In this document: positions 24,399-33,262 of the stretch, one piece after another
Position numbering within the stretch: the first letter of the stretch is position 1
Layout of the letters: each line of letters begins with the position of its first letter
Assembly (NCBI GenBank): GCA_963804995.1
Contig: CAWDSK010000006.1
Location: 1,056,001 to 1,120,000, forward strand
Origin: an uncultured Acidobacteriota bacterium
GTDB taxonomy: Bacteria; Acidobacteriota; Terriglobia; UBA7540
Length of the DNA: 64,000 nt
Reading direction: 5' to 3'
The notes under the pieces: model-generated
The model's input: the letters and a program-made list of their open reading frames with translations, nothing else
What the model was told of the DNA's origin: nothing
The model's database searches: none
Translations under genes and position numbers: made by a program

Positions 24399-24999
24399 TG
24401 AACTCTTGCGAGACAGCGACCCACTTCAGCACGAACCCACGTGGCCTTCGGCCCAGCGCGATATCAGCCGTCAGGCGGTCCTGGCGGCAACTTCCGGCGC
24501 CCGCGCGTCCGTAGGATCGCGGTCACGGATCGCGGTTTTCGTTACCGCGGCCTTGATGGTGATCGCCACCTCGCTGCTGGGGGCGCTCGTATGGTCGCAG
24601 TTCATTAACGACCTGCAGGCGGCAATCCGGTTTGAGGTACGGCTGGCCGAAGTCGGACCGGCTCCTGGCCTGCGTGCGGTGAAGATCCCCGGTTCCGGCC
24701 GATCGCTTTACCTTCACGATGAGGTTATCGTTACCAATAGCGATATCGCCGCGGCGCGGGTCATTCAGGTCGGTGGCCCGTCAGAATATGGCATTAGCGT
24801 CGAGTTCAATGCGGCAGGAGCTGCGAAAATGCGTGCCGCGACTGCAAACCACATTGGGAAGCTCATGGCAATCCTCCTGGATGGCCAGGTCGTGATGGCT
24901 CCTGTGATCCGGACACCTATTGGAGCAGCGGCAGAAATCACCGGCAGCTTCACCAGGACTCAGGCCGAAAGAATCGTGAGGGGAATTGAAATTAAATAG
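24385..24999 (+). CDS. Putative anti-sigma factor: short cytoplasmic N-terminus, one TM helix, SecDF P1-head-like periplasmic domain
   Basis: Overlaps the ECF stop; C-terminal ISVEFNAAGAAKMRAATANHIGKLMAILLDGQVVMAPVIRTPI...ITGSFT aligns by eye with the SecD head in this window. Confidence 0.75.
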   Translation: MKNLNELLRDSDPLQHEPTWPSAQRDISRQAVLAATSGARASVGSRSRIAVFVTAALMVIATSLLGALVWSQFINDLQAAIRFEVRLAEVGPAPGLRAVKIPGSGRSLYLHDEVIVTNSDIAAARVIQVGGPSEYGISVEFNAAGAAKMRAATANHIGKLMAILLDGQVVMAPVIRTPIGAAAEITGSFTRTQAERIVRGIEIK

Positions 25000-25294
25000 C
25001 GGGTAAACAGCCGAAGGTTGACAACTGAAAGTGGATAACTCGTACATGCCCGCTAATAGCCAGATCTGACCGCTCACAGCCACCCAGGTCGGGTACCCCA
25101 CTCGGACATTATGCCCGCCTCGTTTTGTCCCAGAAGTTGCTCTCCGCGGGGCGTAGCGGGCGTAGTCCCACCATAAACTGCGCTAATGGGACAGGAAATT
25201 CTCAGCCCCGCGATGTCGGGACGCCGGCGCCGAAGAATCTCCTTGACCCCTCCTGCAGCTTGGCGAAAACTGAGAGTTCAGGAATCATTGCCTC

Positions 25295-26441
25295 ATGGCG
25301 GAAGGCTCTTCACAAACGGCTGATGTTCTGATTATCGGCGGCGGCATTATCGGCTGTTCGATTGCCTTGCGTCTGGCGCAGGCGCGATTGAGTGTCATCG
25401 TTCTGGATCGCGGCGAACCTGGCGCGGAAGCAAGCTCGGCGGCGGCGGGCATGCTCGCGCCCGAAGGTGAGAGGGTTGAGCCGCGAGCTTTCTCCGACCT
25501 CTGCCTTACGAGCCGGAGTCTTTATCCACGCTTCGCGGCGGAGATCGAGGAACTGGGCGGCCACGCTGTGGGATATCGCAGTGACGGCTCGCTGCTCGTA
25601 GCGCTCGAACGAGAAGCAGGAGGAGGAACTCAGCGAGGTCCACGAACATCAAACCGCGCGGGGCTCAGCGCTGGAACTGCTGAGCGCCTCCCACGTTCAC
25701 CACCGAGTCGCGGGCCTGTCACCAAGAATCCGCAGCGGCCTCTTCGTCCCCGGCGATCACTGGATTGATAACGAACGTCTGATGCGCGGCCTCGTCATCG
25801 CCTGTCGTCGCGCGGGCGCTCGCGTGGTGGCAGGGCAGGCGGTCCGCAAGTTCGATCTGAAGGGACACCGCATCGAAAGCCTTGAAGCCGCTGGCGACAC
25901 GGCCGGCACAGCAGTGAGCTACGCAGCGAAGACTTACGTCCTGACCGCAGGTTGCTGGTCCGGGGGACTGGCCGCGTCACTCCGCATCGAAGCGCCGCTG
26001 GTCCCCTGCCGCGGGCAGATGGTGGAGTTTGAAGCTCCGCGCGAGTTGCCGCTGGTGGTGCGTGCGGGGATTCACTATCTGGTTCCCCGTCCCGAGCAAC
26101 GTGTGCTGGTGGGGACAACCGCGGAATATGCGGGTTACGAAAAGGCTGTGACGGGTGAGGGGCTGCGCTCGATTCTGGAAGGCGCCGCGCGCCTGGCGCC
26201 GCTTGTGGGCGAACTGCGCTTCCGCCGCGCCTGGGCGGGTCTGCGACCCGACACACCCGACCACCTGCCGATTCTGGGTTATGGGGAAATTGAGAACCTG
26301 GTGGTCGCGACCGGCCACTTCCGCAACGGCATTCTTCTCGCGCCCGTTACGGCGGAAATCATCGCAGAGTTGATTCTGAAGGGTTCAGCTTCACAGCCGA
26401 TTGAACTCTACCGCCCCACGCGTTTCGCCACGCCCCGATAG
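25295..26441 (+). CDS. thiO: Glycine oxidase / FAD-dependent D-amino acid oxidase, with a +1 frameshift at ~25608
   Basis: IIGGGIIG, ASSAAAGML, WAGLRP and GHFRNGILLAP motifs; removing one A from CTCGAAC joins the two ORFs. Confidence 0.85.
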
Positions 26442-26649
26442 TGTGGTGTCCCGGTTAATATTTGACAAGGCTGTCCGACCCCCTCACCCCCCAGCCCCAT
26501 AGGCGTTAAAATAGGCGCCGAATTGCTCTCGCGAGATTAAGGTGCATTTTTCGAAAACAAGCCCACGTTGCGGAAACTTCCCTGGGGAGGCGACTGCACG
26601 TCAAACTGAGCACGCGCATGGTTTCGGGTGCCCTGCCAAGACTAACTTC

Positions 26650-26834
26650 CTCGAAGCGGACTTTGAGCGCGACAGGGATACCGGCCGGGATATCAACCTG
26701 TGAAGGGCTATCGGGTTGACACCAACGTCCCGTCTGAACTGACCCGCGAAACCCCGGACGCGCGAGTGGCGGCTTTTCTCCGCAAGGCCGGGAAAGAGAG
26801 CCTCTTCCCGTTCGATAAAAGCTTTCCCGGCTGA
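26650..26834 (+). pseudogene. Remnant of an antitoxin-VapC (PIN) pair
   Basis: Antitoxin-like tail FERDRDTGRDINL* overlaps (GTGA) a PIN N-terminus MKGYRVDTNVPSELTRETPDARVAAFL, which is truncated at 44 aa. Confidence 0.65.
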
Positions 26835-26883
26835 CCGTGATCGCGTCGTCACAGAGAGGCTCATGGCAGCGGCAGGGGAAGTT

Positions 26884-27007
26884 CTACTGCGAGCCCGCGG
26901 CCCGCACGACCTCCAGAAAAGCCGCCACTTTTATTATCTGCGTGCCTCCGAAGCTCTTGCGCTTGTGCGGATATGTAAATGTTGGAGTCCGCCGTGACCC
27001 GAATCAC
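26884..27007 (-). pseudogene. PIN toxin with an internal deletion
   Basis: Starts MIRVTADSNIYISA right after the antitoxin stop, then jumps to a PIN-like C-terminus (SFGGTQIIKVAAFLEVV) in another frame. Confidence 0.7.
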
Positions 27008-27259
27008 CTAGCGCCCTTGCGCATGTTCTCGGCGCGATTCCGCAATCAGTCGCAGCACGTCGCCTGCTTTGATGCCGCGTTCGCGGGCCTTCCGGCGGCC
27101 GTAGGACTTCAGGCTCTGCCACTGCTTTTCCCGGATATAGCGATCTACCGCCTCGGCGAGCACTTCATTGACCGTGCGCGCCTGAGCCCGCGCGACCTTT
27201 TCAATCGCGGCTTGAAGTACGTCCGGAAGACTCAGATTCTCTGTCTGTCCCGTGGCCAT
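27008..27259 (-). CDS. Ribbon-helix-helix (CopG-like) antitoxin
   Basis: LSLPDVL...ARAQARTVNEVLAEAVDRY; sits upstream of the PIN remnant. Confidence 0.8.
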   Translation of the reverse strand: MATGQTENLSLPDVLQAAIEKVARAQARTVNEVLAEAVDRYIREKQWQSLKSYGRRKARERGIKAGDVLRLIAESRREHAQGR

Positions 27260-27329
27260 GCCCGTATTATCTCACGGTCCCGCCGCCGTAGTACACCCTT
27301 AACGGCTGTTCATTATCGCCAAGAACTCA

Positions 27330-27570
27330 GGTAGGCAGTAGGCGGTAGGCAGAAGGCGGTTTGTCTTAACAAACTGGCAACGTACACCCTGTACTCCCCC
27401 CCCCCGTATCCCGTGTCCCGCCTTCAGCACCTGACACCCGACACCTGACACCTGTCTCCTCTTTCTCGCCACTAGCCACTAACCACTGCCCTCATGACTT
27501 CGGACTGTCTTGTTTCCCCCAAGTCCCTTCGGGAAATCGCAGACCTCCAAAAGCAGGGTCTGCGCCAGCC
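27330..27570. repeat. 7-mer runs plus a REP (CGCAGACC...GGTCTGCG), repeated in part at 28505 and 29355-29475
   Basis: TTCCCCCAAGTCCCTTCGGGAAATCGCAGACC recurs at ~29417; CCTGTCTCCTCTTTCTCGCCACT recurs at 28505. Confidence 0.8.
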
Positions 27571-28254
27571 CGCGAAAACGCGACATGGCGCATTCCATAG
27601 GCCCCGAACCCGCGGACGAACGCAAAGAACGCGTACGTCTGCTAACCAGCTTCTTTCCCAAAACAGGAAAAAGACGTTTGACGGTCGTCCCAATTTGGTC
27701 CCGGGTCGGTCGCGTGAGGCCGGGTGAAACGCACCCGCGCGGAATGTCAGCGGGCTGGCTGGTTCCGGGTGACCCGACGGGGCCACTCCCGCCGGGGTCA
27801 TGGGGACTCGTGGCAGGGCGATTACGGCACGGACGGTGCGCGCGCGGCAAAGAAACTTTCCAACTGCGGTTGCGAAGGCAGAGGCTCGGCGGGACCCCGG
27901 GCCGGGAAAAGTGCGCCGATTCCCAGCAACGACAATCATCCCCCACGGAATGAATAACTTGACACAACCACCGGCCGGTGGACTATTCCCCTTTGCGGCT
28001 CAAACCTGAACAATTTCAAGCTCCGGCTGAGGTCCCCAAGCTCCAGTTTTATGGATGTGAGGAACCGGAGCGTGGAGGTCGTAAATCACCGGAATCTTCC
28101 GCCCACTGGCACGCCACCGCCGCCCAATTCCAATCCGAAGCCGACTGATCCTCATGGTTCCTGGCCCGCCGGCTGTTTACAGATCTGAACGCCGCGAGAA
28201 GGGTCAGCAACGTGCATTATGGGTAGGTGTTGAGGCGAGAAGGGAGAAGTTAAT

Positions 28255-28359
28255 ATGAGCGTCATCCATCAATTGGTTCCCCTGTTCTTCATGATTCAAT
28301 TCGGAGTATCCCTGATTGGAATCGTAGTGGCGATGCTCTCCTCCAACGGCAACTATTAG
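28255..28359 (+). CDS. 34-aa single-TM small protein MSVIHQLVPLFFMIQFGVSLIGIVVAMLSSNGNY
   Basis: Strong purine-rich SD (AGAAGGGAGAAG) before the ATG; one hydrophobic helix; below the ORF-track cutoff. Confidence 0.55.
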   Translation: MSVIHQLVPLFFMIQFGVSLIGIVVAMLSSNGNY

Positions 28360-28626
28360 ACGCCTCCGACCGGCCGCCAGTCTTGAATGTTGAATCTGCA
28401 ATCTTCTGTCCCCAGCTCCCAATGATCTAAACGATTCGTCCGTCTTGACCATGGACCGGCTGGCTTGAATCGCAGGGCTGCGGTCGCCCTGATGCGCCAG
28501 CCCGCCTGTCTCCTCTTTCTCGCCACTCGCCACTAACCGCTGTCCACTGTTCTTACCAGTTCGAAATGCCGCGGACCTCCCACCGCAGGGGTCTTTGCTG
28601 CACCTGCTCTCCAGCATCATGCCGTT

Positions 28627-28650
28627 GTGATATCACTGATGATATGATAT
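28627..28650 (+). promoter_or_regulatory. Probable TA promoter/operator
   Basis: Palindrome GTGATATCAC and a TATGAT -10-like box just upstream of the PIN start. Confidence 0.5.
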
Positions 28651-28660
28651 TCTGATCCGC

Positions 28661-29083
28661 GTGAGGGTGGTATTGGACACCGATGTGGTGGTGGCGGCGA
28701 TGCGCAGCCCGCGCGGAGCGTCGGCGGCAATTCTGCGGGCGGCGCGGCAGGGCCGGGCGACGCTGCTCGCGAGCATGCCTCTGGCTCTTGAATACGAAGC
28801 TGTCGCGACACGGGCAGAGCACCGTGTTGCCGCAGGGTTGTCGCAGCGTGAGGTTGAGGTCTTTCTCACGGGGCTCGTGGCCCTGGCCGAGCCGGTTACG
28901 ACCCATTTTCTCTGGCGGCCGCAGCTTCGTGATCCGAGCGATGAAATGGTGTTGGAAGCGGCCGTCAACGGTTGAGCCGACGCCCTGGTGACGTTTAACG
29001 TGCGGGATTTCGGAACGGCTCCCGCCCAATTTGGAGTGGAGATCTTGCTCCCGCGCGAGGCGATTCGGAGGATCAAGCCATGA
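28661..29083 (+). CDS. PIN-family toxin with an in-frame TGA at 28973 (probably CGA)
   Basis: MRVVLDTDVVVAA...LRDPSDEMVLEAAVNG*ADALVTFNVRDF; the frame continues to a stop that overlaps the antitoxin ATG. Confidence 0.85.
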
Positions 29084-29334
29084 GTGCAACCAAAACCTAT
29101 CCCCTGAGACTACCCCAGTCGCTCAAGGAAACCGTCGAGCGGCTGAGCCGGGAGGACGGAACCAGCATCAACCAGTTCGTGGCCACCGCGGTGGCGGAAA
29201 AGGTCTCGGCCTTGCGCACTGCCCGGTTTTTCGAGGATCGGAAAGCGCGGGCGGACTTCAAGGCCTTCGACAAAATCATGCGTCGCCGACGCGGAGTACC
29301 ACCCCGCGAAGGGGATGAAATGCCTCGTAAGTAA
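29080..29334 (+). CDS. HicB-like/RHH antitoxin
   Basis: YPLRLPQSL...EDGTSINQFVATAVAEK; ATGA overlap with the toxin. Confidence 0.85.
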   Translation: MSATKTYPLRLPQSLKETVERLSREDGTSINQFVATAVAEKVSALRTARFFEDRKARADFKAFDKIMRRRRGVPPREGDEMPRK

Positions 29335-29552
29335 GTGGGCCGGTACGGTCCGCCCCCAACCCCCAGTCCCCAATCCCTAGCCCCTGCTCTTCCGACCCCG
29401 GACCTCAGACTTCTTATTCCCCCAAGTCCCTTCGGGAAATCGCAGACCCCCAAGTACAGGGGTCTGCGCCAGCACGCCCTCTCGCTCTATCCAGTTGCGG
29501 TAATGGAGAAACGGTGTAAAATCCGAGGCAAAGATGCAACATGAAAGGAGCG

Positions 29553-29796
29553 GGGTAGCGCAGAGTCTGTGCCTTTCAGACTCTGCGGTTCTCAATATGA
29601 TAAACATACGCTGTATTATTAACACATGTCTTAACCACCTAACGTGGTGATCCAGTTTCCCTGGGGGACACAAGCGGTGAACGGAAGCCGCGCCCAACAA
29701 ACGAAGGGCCGCAGAGTCTCAAAAAGCACGAGACTCTGCGCTACCCCCTTCCATCCCCCGACAAATAAGTTCGCTAACTTCTGCAACCAAGCACTA
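29553..29796. repeat. GTAG-type REP doublet with a MITE-like right end
   Basis: GTAGCGCAGAGTCT...AGACTCTGCG and an inverted copy ending CGCTAC at ~29745; the end AACTTCTGCAACCAAGCACTA resembles the TIR of the 33027 element. Confidence 0.7.
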
Positions 29797-32688
29797 GTTG
29801 ATAGTCGGTCCGTCCTGATTCTGCCGGTGGCGTGGGTCACCGAGTGTCTTGAGCGACCGGACAAACGCCCGCACGATTTCAGGGTCAAACTGGGTACCGG
29901 AGCAGCGGTACAATTCCTCAATAGCTTCCTCCAAGGTGCGTCCGCGCTTATAGGCACGCTCAGAAACCATGGTATCGAAGCAATCCGCCACGGTGAGGAT
30001 GCGCGCGCCCAGCGGAATTTTCTCACCCTTCAGCCGGTCGGGGTAACCCGTGCCATCGACCATCTCATGGTGGTGCCGCACCATGCCCCGAATGCTCTCA
30101 ATCGCCTTCACCTTGAGTGGCTCCAGGATTTTCGCGCCCAGCGCAGCGTGGCTCTTCATCAGGTCAAACTCTTCCGGCGTCAGACGCGAGGGCTTGTTGA
30201 GGACCATTTCCGGCACGCCGATTTTGCCGATGTCGTGAAGGATGCCGGCCAGTCGAACTTCTTCAATCTGCGGACTAGCCAAGCCAATCTCTTGCGCGAT
30301 CTGCGCTGCCAGGCGCGCCACCGCCTGCGAATGGCCTTGCGTATAGTGGTCCTTGGCGTCAATGGCAAACGCCAGGGCGGCGACGGTATCGAACAGCGAG
30401 GGCGCATCCCCATTGCCCTTCAGCGTTACCTGCTGGAAGTGTTCCAGGTAATGATTGAAAGCCTCAGGCCCGGTTGAGAACATGCGCTTCATGGTCACGC
30501 CGAGGTAGGCTTCCACCAACTGGTGCTCCCAATCAGCCTGTGGGGCTTCCACCGTCCGGGAGGCCACCCGCACCCGGTTTCCCTCCTGATGCTTGGCCAG
30601 GTACATACCGGAATCGGCCACGCGCAGGATCTCCTCCTGTGTCGGCCCGTGAACCGGGAAGGTGGCGATGCCGAAGCTCGCCGTCACTCCGTGTGCAGCC
30701 AGAAAACGGTCTGATTCCAGACGGCCGCGCAGACGCTCCGCCAGGATTTCCGCCTGGTCGGTGCGCGTCTCCGGCATAAGAATGGCAAACTCATCGCCGC
30801 CATAGCGCGCCACCACGTTCGCTTGCCGCACGTAGTCGTTAAGCAGTTGGGCAACGGCATTCAACACCTTGTCGCCTTGCAGGTGGCCGTATCGGTCGTT
30901 CACCCGCTTGAAGCCATCCAGATCCATCATGATGAGGGAGAGCAGATGGCCTGAACGCGTCGAACGCCGCCACTCGCGGTCGAGCGCCTCCATAAAGTAA
31001 CGATGAGTTTTCAGCCCGGTCAGCCCGTCCGTGATGGCCTGTTCCAACGCCACCTGATAGGCACGCGCGTTGTGCAGCGCAATGGCGAGCTGGTCCGCCA
31101 GGGTGCGCAGGGTGAGCACGTCGTGCTGCGCGAAAGCGTATTCGCGGCGACTCTCCAGGCTGAGCACTCCCATCAATCCCTCGCGGTACTTCAGAGGCAG
31201 GCTGAGCGCCGCCCGAATGCCCGGATGGAGGGCCACATAACGCGGTTCCTTCACCACGGAGTTGGCCAGAACCACCTCGCCGCTTTCCGCCGCCACTCCC
31301 GCCAACCCTTCGCCCAGGCGAGTGCGGCGGCCCACCAAATCCGCGCCGTACCCGGCTTCGGCCTCGACCACCAATTCTTCGCGCCCCGGGTCCGGGATCT
31401 CGATGCGCACCATGTCATACCCGAAGGCGTCTCGAACCTGCCGGCAGATGGTAGGCAGCAGCTCAATGGGATCCAGCACTAAGCTGGCTTTGCGGCCCAG
31501 ATCGTTGAGCAGGGCCAAGTGGCTGGCCCGCCGCTGTTCCCGCTTGAAAAGCCGGGCGTTCTCAATGGCGCCCGCCACTTCCTCGGCCAGCACTTGCACC
31601 AGGTCAAACTGCTGCTTGGTGATGGCAAGCTCGCGCTCGAAGTCGGCGAGCGACAGCACGCCCATGGAGCCATCGGAGAAATGCACCGGCACGCCGCACC
31701 AGGTGCGGATGCCCGGGCTCATCGGGGCCAGCCCCAGACGGCGTGTAGTTCCTGGAATGTCAACCGCCACCAGCAAAGGCACGCGCGTGCGTTGCACGTA
31801 CTGGGCAAGCGAGCTGGCTGGCGATCCCGGCGCCGCAGACTGAGGTCCGGCGTCCTCAAACGGGACCACAACCTCCAGCGAGCCTTCCGCCGTGTCCTGC
31901 AAGGCCAGACTGAAGTTTGTGCCGCCCATCAGGCCGGTCAGTTCGCCGCGCAGGATTTCCATCTGGGCGTTCAGGTCAAAGGTGGCGCGCAGGGACTCGG
32001 CCACGCGGTGGAGGATTGCGAGTTCTTCTTCGCGCCGTTCTGCTGCGCGGTTAAGCGACCAGTTCTCAATCGCCACGCTCACCTGATTGCCAATCGCCAG
32101 CGCCACCCGCAACTCGCGCGGGTCGAATCTCCGCGTCTGGCGAAAACCCAGCAGCAGGGCGCCGTACGATTTGTCGCGAACCTGCAACCCCACCACCACC
32201 AGCATCCGCAATCCTTCCGCCCTCAGCACGTCGCGGAATTCCTGAAACAAGGTATCGCGTTGCCACGCTGTCACCACTTCCGTGCGGCGCAGGTCCGGAA
32301 AGACCATCAAACCACCCCAGCGGTCCCCGCTCTGGAGCAGATAGCGTTGCAAGGATTCACTCCGGAGGTGCTCCACCGCGCCTGCAGAAAGCCCTCGTGC
32401 ACTGTCGTGGAGCTTCTCCTTACCCCCCTCGTCATGCCACAACACGTAGCCGTCCCGTGCGCCCAGCATTTCGAGCGCACCACCGAGCGCCAACTCCACC
32501 ATCTGTTGGGGCTCACGACAGTCAGAGAGTTCTTTGCTGAAGAAATGCAGGCTGGAAAACCAGAAGACTTCGGTGTTTCGACGCAGCCTTTCGCCCCGCT
32601 CGCGCACGAGCCACCATGCCAGCGCGAGTGTAATCGCAGAGGCCGGAAGGATGTAACTTAATGTCGGACCGATAAGATAGCTTCCCAT
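29794..32688 (-). CDS. Membrane-anchored GAF x3 - GGDEF - HD-GYP c-di-GMP enzyme
   Basis: N-terminal TM helix, three GAF domains, RYGGDEF, LHDIGK and HHEMVDGTGYP. Confidence 0.93.
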   Translation of the reverse strand: MGSYLIGPTLSYILPASAITLALAWWLVRERGERLRRNTEVFWFSSLHFFSKELSDCREPQQMVELALGGALEMLGARDGYVLWHDEGGKEKLHDSARGLSAGAVEHLRSESLQRYLLQSGDRWGGLMVFPDLRRTEVVTAWQRDTLFQEFRDVLRAEGLRMLVVVGLQVRDKSYGALLLGFRQTRRFDPRELRVALAIGNQVSVAIENWSLNRAAERREEELAILHRVAESLRATFDLNAQMEILRGELTGLMGGTNFSLALQDTAEGSLEVVVPFEDAGPQSAAPGSPASSLAQYVQRTRVPLLVAVDIPGTTRRLGLAPMSPGIRTWCGVPVHFSDGSMGVLSLADFERELAITKQQFDLVQVLAEEVAGAIENARLFKREQRRASHLALLNDLGRKASLVLDPIELLPTICRQVRDAFGYDMVRIEIPDPGREELVVEAEAGYGADLVGRRTRLGEGLAGVAAESGEVVLANSVVKEPRYVALHPGIRAALSLPLKYREGLMGVLSLESRREYAFAQHDVLTLRTLADQLAIALHNARAYQVALEQAITDGLTGLKTHRYFMEALDREWRRSTRSGHLLSLIMMDLDGFKRVNDRYGHLQGDKVLNAVAQLLNDYVRQANVVARYGGDEFAILMPETRTDQAEILAERLRGRLESDRFLAAHGVTASFGIATFPVHGPTQEEILRVADSGMYLAKHQEGNRVRVASRTVEAPQADWEHQLVEAYLGVTMKRMFSTGPEAFNHYLEHFQQVTLKGNGDAPSLFDTVAALAFAIDAKDHYTQGHSQAVARLAAQIAQEIGLASPQIEEVRLAGILHDIGKIGVPEMVLNKPSRLTPEEFDLMKSHAALGAKILEPLKVKAIESIRGMVRHHHEMVDGTGYPDRLKGEKIPLGARILTVADCFDTMVSERAYKRGRTLEEAIEELYRCSGTQFDPEIVRAFVRSLKTLGDPRHRQNQDGPTIN

Positions 32689-33026
32689 CGCAGTCACCCC
32701 GGGCGAGGGAATGAGAGATATCCCCACCCTCACGGCTCCAACCGTGCAGGCTATCCCCGTCGACTGGCGCTTACTCGCTCGATGGGCACAACAGGGAGGT
32801 CACTTGCTTTGTCGACGGCTTGGTTCTCCCTACCAAGCCGGTCTAATGGCCTCGACCCTAGCCGAAATATACCCCCGCTCTTCATCCTTGTCAACCACTG
32901 TGAGGTTACGCGAGAATTATTCAAGCATTAATACCCGTGTAACACTGAGGTCCTACGGCAAGAATTGGCTTTCTCCGCAAAACCCTCTTACCGGTTGACC
33001 GCTCTGCGATATACTGCGCGCTCTTC

Positions 33027-33246
33027 TAGTGTCCAGAGTCAGAAGTTCGCTGATTGTTAGAGAACCCCCTCACCCCCCGGCCCCTCTCCCCCAAGGGGGC
33101 GAGGGGAGAGTTGAACTTACTCCCTCGCCCCCTTGGGGGAGAGGGTGGCCCGCAACCGGCGTTCTCATCAGCCGGGGCGGGACGGGTGAGGGGGTCGCCC
33201 TGAACCCATTGAGACTTCGTCAGCGAACTTCTGACTCAGGACACTA
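33027..33246. mobile_element. MITE with 27-bp TIRs beginning and ending in TA, carrying a family A REP doublet
   Basis: TAGTGTCCAGAGTCAGAAGTTCGCTGA and TCAGCGAACTTCTGACTCAGGACACTA (26/27 complementary). Confidence 0.85.
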
Positions 33247-33262
33247 ATACAGGAGGTCTCTG

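Noticed and set aside
25000..25294. TPP riboswitch upstream of thiO
   Set aside because: Only an isolated CTGAGA is present; the downstream CCTGA...AATxC...GCGxAGG core is missing
26495..26600. Possible further IS end (ATAGGCGTTAAAATAGGCG) cutting a family A REP
   Set aside because: No partner end or transposase is visible, so it cannot be supported beyond noting the truncation
27570..27955. Overlapping 70-160 aa ORFs or an ncRNA in the GC-rich stretch
   Set aside because: The ORFs begin in repeats and have Arg/Gly/Pro-rich shadow composition; no convincing promoter-terminator pair or strand-biased stems
32700..33000. c-di-GMP riboswitch upstream of the GGDEF/HD-GYP gene
   Set aside because: A hairpin GGCTTGGT/ACCAAGCC exists, but I cannot see the class I or class II consensus
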